A stretch of DNA of 19,043 nt from Octopus sinensis (taxonomy: Eukaryota): the NCBI RefSeq assembly GCF_006345805.1, contig NW_021824325.1:1-19043 (forward strand), read 5' to 3'. A program made the translations under genes and the position numbers. The notes under the pieces were generated by a model. The model was not told the origin of the DNA and made no database searches. It saw only the letters and a program-made list of their open reading frames with translations. The number at the start of each line of letters is the position of its first letter. Positions within the stretch are counted from its first letter, which is position 1. This document shows, piece by piece, positions 9,470-17,976 of this stretch.

Positions 9470-9500
<31 letters not shown>
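7915..9500. repeat. ~1.6-kb (TACA)n microsatellite array with recurring variant units
   Basis: Direct reading; source of all HTYI/MYVC ORFs. Confidence 0.97.
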
Positions 9501-9502
<2 letters not shown>

Positions 9503-9661
9503 GTGTGTATGGCGCTAAGCAGTGTTTGCGTATAATACTCACAATCTAGATTATTTGAAATATGTTTTTATGCTAAAGGTAAATATACTGCAATTACCGT
9601 GGAGGAAAGAAAAATCTACCCCATGGTGAAAAGGTGTGAAAAAACCCCCAGTTTGTTCAGT

Positions 9662-9752
9662 GTCTTCTTTGAAGTTGGTGATGGATCCAGTGAAGTGGTT
9701 TAGCGGTTAGGGTACTTTAGTCTGACGATCGTAAGTCTTGAGTTCGATTCCC
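9662..9752 (+). mobile_element. Head of the second-family SINE with 5' leader, truncated after the B box; empty-site paralogue of 6382-6815
   Basis: First 30 bp match 6382-6411 at 29/30; continues gaagtggtttagcggttagggtactttag...gagttcgattccc. Confidence 0.85.
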
Positions 9753-9765
9753 ATATATATATATA

Positions 9766-10140
9766 TCACCTTGACTGAGCAGTCCGTCGGACGTCCATTT
9801 GACACCGCTGGTCACAGCACGCTGTCCACTCCTCTCTGGTTCGCGGCCTTTCTCATCCACGTGATCCCAATTGTCCTCCTGAAATCGTAACTCCACCGTC
9901 GTGGAGGCCTTCCAAGTGGTCGTTACCACTCGCACTGGTACCACTCGACAACTGCGCGGGTCCACCGATTATCGGTGATCTGGGCGACGTGTCCAGCCCA
10001 TCTATACTTGCTGCGATGACATCCCTCACGCCGGACTTCTTTCTGATGATCTCGCCACTGATGTGCTCTCTCAATGAGATACCAAGCACTGACCTTTCCA
10101 TGGCTCTTTGAGCCATTACCAGTTTTGACTCTTCTCTCGT
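9766..10140 (-). mobile_element. 5'-truncated RTE-clade LINE fragment (same family as 4097-4330)
   Basis: EESKLVMAQRAMERSVLGISLREHISGEIIRKKSGVRDVI / KYRWAGHVAQITDNRWTRAVVEW; frameshifted; (TA)n on both flanks. Confidence 0.92.
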
Positions 10141-10329
10141 ATATATATATATATGCGAGCAAAAGGCCCCACCCCGTCCAATGAACGGTGCTGAGTTGTC
10201 AAACATTTAAACCAAATTTTCTCAAAACAACTTGTCCGACCGTCCCACAGGCCCCCTCCCTTTGAGAAACACTGATTTAACCTAAATTTGAGACACCAAC
10301 AAAAGAAGACATAAAAGTAAACTTTTTTT

Positions 10330-10540
10330 CTATTCCAAGAAAAACGATTTTACAAATGCACGTTCCCGCGGCCTTATCGATCGCATTCACACCTGGAATC
10401 AATTTTTGTAATTTTTTCAATACTTATACTCGCCCTGATACCGACGGTATCTACATATCAAATTTGAGCATAATCGGATAGAGGATGCCCAAGATCTAGA
10501 AGACACACACACAGACACAGACAGAACGAATTAATATAAT

Positions 10541-10545
<5 letters not shown>
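10330..10545 (+). mobile_element. Possible non-autonomous Helitron/Helentron-type remnant
   Basis: tatcaaatttgagcataatcggatag...agacacacacacagacacagacagaac...taatataat resembles the caaattt..aatcgg + (ACAG)n + AT-rich end layout of such elements as I recall it; termini not demonstrated. Confidence 0.3.
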
Positions 10546-10593
<48 letters not shown>

Positions 10594-10676
10594 CAGTGTA
10601 CATTTAAACACATTAAAAGGTTTCCATCATAGGATTCCTATGATGGAAACCTCTTAATGTGTTTAAATGTACACCT
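10594..10676. mobile_element. 83-bp foldback MITE-like element, Tc1/mariner style, TA-flanked
   Basis: 39-bp arms 10596-10634 and 10636-10674 (1 mismatch, 1-nt spacer); TA at 10592-10593 and 10677-10678; left end CAGTG. Confidence 0.7.
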
Positions 10677-10767
10677 TATTTTATATGAATAATATATAGT
10701 CTGTTGACTAATTTTTCTATACGCTAGATCACTGGTAGTAAAATTTTTTTAAATCTTTATTACCCTG

Positions 10768-10802
<35 letters not shown>

Positions 10803-10814
10803 ATATCATGAGAA

Positions 10815-11022
10815 TGCCATGATAGACCGTTAGCTCCTACACGCATTTTTTCTCTTCTTGTTTCTCTCCTTGTTTCTTTTCTGTGTATCTTTCTGTTGAA
10901 GAGCGTAGGCTCGAAACGTAAAAGACTTGTCTATTTCTATTCCTGAGCGCCAGAATAATAAATTAGTTTGTTTGTACTCCACCTGCCTTCGTCTTTTGTT
11001 TATTTTCGTAAACCTTCCCGTT
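10815..11022 (+). mobile_element. Penelope-like pLTR fragment with hammerhead, copy 2
   Basis: Colinear with 5303-5512; (TA)n on both sides. Confidence 0.75.
10888..10925 (+). ncRNA. Minimal type I hammerhead motif, variant core (A6U, extra A), copy 2
   Basis: tcttt-CTGTTGA-a-GAGC-gtag-GCTC-GAAA-CGT-A-aaaga; differs from copy 1 only at core position 7. Confidence 0.7.
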
Positions 11023-11032
11023 ATATATATAT

Positions 11033-11079
<47 letters not shown>

Positions 11080-11081
<2 letters not shown>

Positions 11082-11810
11082 CTCCCTGTGCCTGTCAAAT
11101 CTTATGTCCCTGCCGTAAAGCTTTACTTCCACACACACCGGCTTAATTTAATTCGTCCTTAGTCGAAAGACACCTGTTGTTAATGTCCTGTTATTTGCAT
11201 TTGTATTTGTGTAACATTTCTCCGTTTTTTCCGTCTTCGTTTTCGTATACATTCACTACTTTCTTCCAAGGAATCTAATGCTCTTAGCTTAGTTTTTCCT
11301 TGGGGCCGGCCAGATTGGTAAATCTTTATTATAGGCACAATGGCCCGAATTAAGAGTGGACATGACAATACAGGACATGGGGTACATATAATAAAAAAAA
11401 TCAAAAAGGATGGTATGACAATGAATTATTTGTAACGAATTAAATGGGATGGCTTACGAGCCCCCAAAGCTCGCAGGTTCATTTACAATTACAATTATGT
11501 TATTCAGGGCGTTCATCCGTAACGTACTCGAGTAACTTCTCCTGTTCTATAATACCTGGCAAACTGTCATACCGTATGTAATGCATTACGCATACAGCTG
11601 TATACACATTTTTCAGTTTCGTTACTATCTCTCTTTCTACAATCGCCGCCTTCACTTGGGGCTGGCCAGATTGGAGTAATCTCGAGTATAAGCAGCCGAA
11701 ATTGCGAGGATAATCTGGAACTCGTCTGTCTGAATGTTTTGTTGTCCCTTTATTGTATCACCTAACTGTCTGGATGTTTTGCGTTCTTGTCCCACTTTTG
11801 TGTTTTATAT
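11080..11810 (+). mobile_element. Unclassified interspersed repeat interrupted by a nested insertion
   Basis: Homologous to 1800-2095 (minus) once 11319-11674 is removed. Outer boundaries approximate. Confidence 0.7.
11319..11654 (-). mobile_element. 336-bp 5'-truncated LINE-like insert with 20-bp TSD
   Basis: CTTGGGGC[C/T]GGCCAGATTGG at 11299-11318 and 11655-11674; minus strand has a 50-codon open frame to TAA (11652-11500), then a 3' UTR and AATAAA (11330-11325) next to the TSD. Confidence 0.85.
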
Positions 11811-12149
11811 ATATAAATTAAGGATGGGGGTTATACACAATACAAAAACAAAAAAGAAAAATTCATTTGTCCCTAATTGTGACTGACGGTGCAGGGTAGC
11901 ATCTACATTGCTAGAAAATAGGGGCTAAAAGCCCTTATAGCCGCAGGAAGCACATGCCTAAGTACTGACAGAGGAGATAATCTTCCTCACCTCGCATAAT
12001 AGCGTCGTATATAAAACAAAAATGACATGATAGCCAATGTAATCTCCTCGTGATAGGAGGAGATGGCCACGGTCGGAATGCTTTTGATCATAAATCTTAG
12101 TCGGTCAATGTTGACATAAGGATTTTAAAAAAAAGGAGCTATATGAACA

Positions 12150-12395
12150 AGAACAGCAACAACAAACGTATTGCCACCACCAACACTAAAATCACCAAGT
12201 CCATCACAGCCACCGGCATCACCACTACTACCACCAACACCACTATTTCCAGCGCCAGCACCAGCACCACCACCGGCACCACCACCACCAGCACCAACAC
12301 CAGCACCAGCACCAGCACCAGCACCACAAGCACCACCAGCACCACCAATAGCACCACCACCACCACCACACCACCACCACCACCACCACACCACC

Positions 12396-12427
<32 letters not shown>

Positions 12428-12700
12428 CAACAACAACACCATCATCAACATCACCACCATCACCACCATCACCATCACCACTGCTAACACCATTAATACA
12501 CTACCAACAGCACCACCAATACCAGCATCACCATGATTACGACCATCACTACCACTACCACCACCATCACCACCACCACCACCACCACCACCAATAACAA
12601 CAACAACAATGCAACAGTGACAACGACACAGCAATGAGAACAACAACTACAACAACAACGACGCCAATAACAAGAACAACAACAACATCGAAAGCAATAC
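12150..12700. repeat. Mosaic (CAC/CAG/AAC/CAT)n trinucleotide region
   Basis: Direct reading; source of the poly-T/P/H/Q ORFs. Confidence 0.9.
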
Positions 12701-12764
12701 AGAAAAAAGGTCTTTACAGACGACCACAAAAATTCAGTTGAAGAGGTTTTGCTAGAAAGACAGA

Positions 12765-13142
12765 AAGATAGATAGATAGATAGATATATAGATAGATAGA
12801 TAGTAGATAGAGAGAGAGAGAGAGGTAGAGAGCGGTAGAGGGAGAGAGAGAGAGAGGTAGAGAGAGAGGGAGAGAGAGAGTCAGAGAGAGAGAGGTAGAG
12901 AGGGAGAGAGAGGTAGAGAGAGAGAGGTAGAGAGTCAGAGAGAGATAGGTAGAGAGGTAGAGGTAGAGAGAGAGAGAGGTAGAGAGAGAGAGGTAGAGAG
13001 AGAGAGAGGTAGAGAGAGAGAGAGTCAGAGAGAGAGCGAGAGTCAGAGAGAGAGCGAGAGTCAGAGAGAGAAAGAGAGAGAGGTTGAGAGTCAGAGAGAG
13101 AGGTAGAGAGAGAGGGAGAGCGAGCGAGAGAGAGAGAGAGAG
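12765..13142. repeat. (GATA)n followed by (AG)n with recurring GT and TC interruptions
   Basis: Direct reading. Confidence 0.93.
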
Positions 13143-13420
13143 AAAATGAAGGACGGATTTGTTGGTTGGATGTTTGCTAGGACGGACAGACGGTCGTTTG
13201 TTTTAAACAGGAGCGAGGAAAGAAAGGAAGGAGCAATAAGGACAAAGACACACGCAGACACACACACACACACACACGCACGCATGCTCACAGACACACG
13301 CACGCACACACACATACACACTGGAAACAATGTATTCCAGAGTTGGCAAAAGAAAATTCTTGCGGTATTTAGAACATTTTTGGTCTTGACTTTATTTGCT
13401 CACTGACCCCATAACTTCAT

Positions 13421-13723
13421 AAATGATGATGATGACGATGATGATGACGATGATGACGATGACGATGACGATGATGATGATGACGACAACGATGATGATG
13501 ATGATGATGATGATGATGATAATAATGATGACGACAACGATGATGATGATGATGATGATGACAATGACGATGACGATGACGATGATGACGACGACGACGA
13601 TGATGATGATGATGATGATGATGATGATAATAATGATGACGACAACGATGATGATGATGATGATGACGATGACGATGACGATGATGACGACAACGACGAC
13701 GATGATGATAATAATAGTAATAC

Positions 13724-13791
<68 letters not shown>

Positions 13792-13888
13792 GTGATGATG
13801 ATGATGACGACGACGACGACGATGACGATGACGATGACGATGATGATGACGATGACGATGACGATGATGATGATTTTGATGATGATGA
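13421..13888. repeat. (GAT/GAC)n array
   Basis: Direct reading; the motif gataataatgatgacgacaacgatg recurs 108 bp apart (aataat at 13521 and 13629). Confidence 0.95.
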
Positions 13889-13960
13889 TTTCTTTCGTTG
13901 GCTACGTGGGCCCGAGATATGGTGGACAATATCAAAGGACGAGATACAAGACACACACAC
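13889..13960 (-). mobile_element. Probable LINE 3' end related to the 11319-11654 insert
   Basis: Minus strand tgtccac..tcgggcc..gcc-aacgaaagaaat then (CAT)n, versus tgtccac..tcgggcc..gcc-tataataaagatt in the 11319 insert. Confidence 0.45.
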
Positions 13961-14103
13961 ACAAAAAAACAAAAACGGGTGGGATTTACATCGATGAAAG
14001 GGAGACACTACAACTTAGAGGACATACAGGATATATAAACAGAAGCCAGAGACATAAAGAATTGATAAATAAATTGCCCAAGAGCTGATTGCAAGCGTTA
14101 CCT

Positions 14104-14748
14104 TGTACATGTTTTGTCTTGGTATAAAAGATGGGCGACAGCAAATATTCTACTCAATACCACAGATTTGCTTGTCAGTTGTTTGACCTTAACCAGTTGA
14201 GCATGTCCCTTAGTGGCTGACAATATGTGAATCTCTGATCGATGCCCTGATGCAGTACCAGGCAGTGGTTCTCATGGCTTCTGATCTTAACTGATTGGAA
14301 GTGTTATCATGTACATTGTTTTGTCTTGGTATAAAAGATGGGCTACAGCAAATATTCTGCTCAATACCACAGATTTGCTTGTCAATTGTTTGACCTTAAC
14401 CAGTTGAGCATGTCCCTTAGTGGCTGACAATATGTGAATCTCTGATCGATGCCTTGATGCAGTACCAGGCAGTGGTTCTCATGGCTTCTGATCTTAACTG
14501 ATTGGAAGTGTGATCATGTACATTGTTTTGTCTTGGTATAAAAGATGGGCTACAGCAAATATTCTGCTCAATACCACAGATTTGCTTGTCAGTTGTTTGA
14601 CCTTAATCAGTTGAGCGTGTCCCTTAGTGGCTGATGATATGTGCATCTCTGATCACGAGCAGGAGTAATGGGGGAGCATTATAGCCATGTGTTGAGAGGA
14701 ATTCTTTGGAGTTTGAATAATTCACCTCTGGAAACATGGGTGTTTCGT
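14104..14748 (+). mobile_element. Interspersed repeat fragment carrying a 207-bp internal tandem amplification (2.7 units)
   Basis: tgtacat at 14104, 14310 and 14517; junction ctctgatc|gatgcc at 14240 and 14447; the last unit runs on into acgagcaggag...ggaaacatgggtgtttc. The tandem is seen directly; the TE status and orientation are inferred. Confidence 0.8.
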
Positions 14749-14843
14749 ATGTACATTTTTACTTAAATATTGTAACCTTTTTCTTGCCTATCACTTTTAG
14801 CGTTACGTAATATATATATATATATTATATATATATATATATA

Positions 14844-15239
14844 GGCGCAGGAGTGGCTGTGTGGTAAGTAGCTTGCTAACCAGCCACATGGTTCCGGGTT
14901 CAGTCCCACTGCGTGGCACCTTGGGCAAGTGTCTTCTACTATAGCCTCGGGCCGACCAATGCCTTGTGAGTAGATTTGGTAGACGGAAACTGAAAGAAGC
15001 CTGTCGTATATATGTATATATATGTATGTGTGTGTGCTTGTGTGTCGATGTTTGTCCCCCGATGCTGGTGTGTTTACGTCCCCGTAACTTAGCGCTTCGG
15101 CAAAAAAGACCGATAGAATAAGTACTGGACTTACAAAGAATAAGTCCCGGGGTCGATTTGCTCGACTAAAGGCGGTGCTCCAGCATGGCCGCAGTCAAAT
15201 GAATGACTGAAACAAGTAAAAGAGTAAAAGTAAAGAGTA
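14844..15239 (+). mobile_element. Full-length OR-like SINE copy 3, inserted in (TA)n
   Basis: A box TGGCTGTGTGG, B box GGTTCAGTCCC, ccttgggcaagtgtcttc domain, GAGTAAAA-type tail; ~17-bp internal deletion at gtcccc|cgatg relative to copy 4. Confidence 0.93.
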
Positions 15240-15378
15240 TATAATATATATATATATATATATAATTATATATATATATATTATATATATATATCTATTA
15301 TATTAATATATATATAATATATATATTAATATATATATATAATTTCATTTTCAATATAAATGTATATGTAAACTCTCT

Positions 15379-16328
15379 ATGTTTTTTTTCGATAAAGACG
15401 AATTTTATAACTCTGACTTACTTAAAGCAGCTATAAAGATAATTTCCTATATTAACCCTATTGACATTAATTCCACCTCTATTGATCAGGACATGAAAAC
15501 ACGTCATAACGGTAATAACAATATAAATGTTAGTTCGAATAACAACACGAAATCGAAAAATGTAGTTTTGCAGCGTAAGGGAGACTACCGTTCTTTAAGA
15601 CCCTTTTTACGTTATGAAAGTAAATCTAGGACTGTGAAAGGTAGTTACCCTAATAATAAGGTATGTCCTAGTAAAACTGTTTGGTTGATAATTCCATATG
15701 GTAATCAGATCAAAACCAACCTCCCTTACAAGTGTTGTGAAGCTATAGATAAGAATTTTCCCCAAAATTCGAGATACCATTCCATTATCAATTCACACCA
15801 AAAACCTTTCACAAATCATCTTTTCACAAATCCACTTCATGAAAATAATAACATTGATATTAGTAACACTAACCATTCTTTGAATAATAATAACAATGAT
15901 ATTAGTATTTCTGATATAAATTCGAATCGCATTCGTTTCTTTGGCAGAAATTATAAGACTAGAAATTTTCTTTATCAATGTAAAATTACTTCCGATTCTG
16001 ATGTCTTTATTTTTACATAGGTAGTTCTTCATCACAGTTGTCCAAAAGAATCTCTAACCGTTACTCTACATTTAGACATATCAATAAACGTAACAATACT
16101 GGGCTTAGTAAATTAATTTGGTCTCTAAAGGAACATAATAAACAAATTGGTTTGGAATGGAATATTCTATCTAGATCCTTTCCATATGATAAAGGTAAAT
16201 CCTTTTGTCCACTCTGTACCGAAGAACAGTATCTCATTCTGTTCTCGAAGAATTCTCTTGTAAACACCTTTAAAGAATACGTTTATCGTTGCAAACATTG
16301 GCAAAAACATACCTTTAGTTCCTTTTAG
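15379..16328 (+). pseudogene. Frameshifted PLE ORF (GIY-YIG endonuclease part; RT core absent)
   Basis: ORFs 15379-16020 and 16038-16328 join by one frameshift at the T run 16010-16014, restoring TAC-ATA-GGT (YIG, 16014-16022). Confidence 0.85.
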
Positions 16329-16627
16329 TAGTTTCTACCAATTTATAAAATTTGACTTTTGACTGTCTTCTTACATTTCCTTTCCACTTCATATATCTAT
16401 TTACACGCCTTAAAACTTTATTTCCACCCATCTATCGCACTATATTTCTCCACTCTTAATTTTCTGTTAATTTCTTTCTTTCTCCTCCTTCTCTTTCTCT
16501 AAATTGCCTTTGACATTAAATTTATTAACAGTTAAAAAAAATAATAACTTGCCAGCATTCCCTTCATCATATACGCAGTAATCACATTCGGTTAAAATGG
16601 CTTATTGATGTGTTTTGTTTCTCTTTT

Positions 16628-16714
16628 TTCCCTGACGAGATAATCACATTGTTTTACATAATTTTATTCCCCTGGGAATTATACCAATGTTTTCTTCGAA
16701 ACATATGTCGGAAG
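16628..16714 (+). ncRNA. Type I hammerhead ribozyme with intact core and 59-nt stem II
   Basis: ttcc-CTGACGA(16632-16638)-G...C-GAAA(16698-16701)-CATATG-TC-ggaa; palindromic stem III ACATATGT; GUC cleavage site after 16709. Confidence 0.85.
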
Positions 16715-16829
16715 TTTTGAATAATACCTGCGTTTAACTCCATTTCTTAATTTATCTCTCTCTCTCCCTCTCTCTCTATATATATATATATATGTATCAC
16801 AATATCGACCAAACTATCGGGTATTGTCA

Positions 16830-17100
16830 TACACCGATGGTCACAGTACGCTTTGTAAGGTTTTATTTTCCGAATGGTTCTGCACTGCTGCCTATGTAGG
16901 CCGGCAGCTAACGTCCCCCTCCAGACCAGAACACCATTTCATTCGTTGCACGGTTTACCCATTTACGGCTGAATGTACTGAACCAACATGAAATGAAGCC
17001 TCATGTTTCTCTGAAGAACGCAGCGCACATCTGGTCTGGGAATCGATGCTGCGATCTCGCGATCGTGGGTGCACAGCCACAACCAACGGACCACAACGCC
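16830..17100 (-). mobile_element. Decayed tRNA-derived SINE related to 6750-7075
   Basis: Minus strand ggcgttgtggtccgttggttgtgg...gatcgcgagatcgcagcatcgattccc...ttcatttcatgttggttcagtacattcagccgtaaatgggtaa. Confidence 0.65.
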
Positions 17101-17104
17101 ACCT

Positions 17105-17410
17105 TTACACACACACACGCAAGCACGCACGCACACACATACACGTACACATACACACACGGACACACACACATACACACACACACATGCACGCACACAC
17201 ATGCACGCACACATGCATGCACACACATGCACACACACACATGCACGCACACATGTACGCATTTATGCGCACACACACACATACAATACACAGACATGCA
17301 CACACAACACGCATACACACATACACAGACATACACACATACATATACACATACCCACATACCCAAACACATACCCAAACACACACACACTCGTACATAT
17401 GCATGTGTGT
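17105..17410. repeat. Degenerate (CA)n/(CACG/CATG) microsatellite
   Basis: Direct reading. Confidence 0.9.
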
Positions 17411-17434
17411 TGTGATTTTTGCACATGAATGTTA

Positions 17435-17832
17435 TACTCTTTTACTTGTTTCAGTCATTTGACTGCGGCCATGCTGGAGCATCGCCTTTAGTCGAGCAAA
17501 TCGACCCCGGGACTTATTTTTTGTAAGCCCAGTACTTATTCTATCGTTTCTTTTGCCGAACCGCTAAGTGACGGGGACGTAAACATACCAGCATCGGTTG
17601 TCAAGCAATGTTATGGGGACAAACACAGACACACACACACGCACATATATATATATATATACATATATACGACGGGCTTCTTTCAGTTTCCATCTACCAA
17701 ATCCACTCACAAGGCATTGGTCGGCCCGGGGCTATAGCAGAAGACACTTGCCCAAGATGCCACGCAGTGGGACTGAACCCGGAACCATGTGGTTGGTTAG
17801 CAAGCTACTTACCACACAGACACTCCTGCGCC
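17435..17832 (-). mobile_element. Full-length OR-like SINE copy 4
   Basis: Reverse complement of 14844-15239 from head ggcgcaggagtg to tail gtaaaagagta. Confidence 0.93.
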
Positions 17833-17976
17833 TTATGAGTAAGTTTCAAATTTTGGCACAAGGCACCAATTTCGGGGGAAAGTCGATTATATCGACCCCA
17901 GTCTTCTACTGGTATCTATTTCATTGACCCCCGAAAGGTAAAGTCGATCTCGGCACGATTTGAACGCAGAAGTGTG
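17833..17976 (-). mobile_element. Decayed third-family tRNA-derived SINE lacking the A box
   Basis: Minus strand B-box-like gcgttcaaatcg, then gagatcgactttacctttcgggggtcaatgaaatagataccag...ggggtcgatataatcgac. Confidence 0.65.

Larger units (their letters stand above)
15360..16755 (+). mobile_element. 5'-truncated Penelope-like element: thumb/linker remnant, GIY-YIG endonuclease and 3' UTR with hammerhead
   Basis: VWLIIPY..KTN...IDKNFP..RYHSIIN corresponds to the PLE IIWFNPP..KTN..IDKHFP..IFN motif; NFLYQC...YIG; LSKLIWSLK...EWNIL...PY...CPLCTEEQ..I...CKH at the C-terminus. Confidence 0.9.

Noticed and set aside
7896-9549. Long ORFs of 200-349 aa (HTYI/MYVC repeats)
   Set aside because: Translations of (TACA)n, which is stop-free in several frames; no coding signal.
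10262-10274. hAT/Charlie-like terminal motif (CAGTGTTTCTCAA on the minus strand)
   Set aside because: No partner TIR or 8-bp TSD found in the window.
11965-12121. Possible retroposon 3' segment before the A run
   Set aside because: Looks familiar but has no second copy, ORF or TSD in the window to support it.
12125-12729. Thr/Ser-rich mucin-like and poly-Pro/His/Gln ORFs
   Set aside because: Open on both strands and in several frames because of CAC/AAC repeats; no credible splice acceptor or non-repetitive coding flank.
13400-14088. Poly-Ser/His/Met/Asp ORFs
   Set aside because: Artefacts of the (GAT/GAC)n array.
14844-14920. tRNA gene (A and B boxes)
   Set aside because: No full cloverleaf; it is the head of a SINE present four times in the window.
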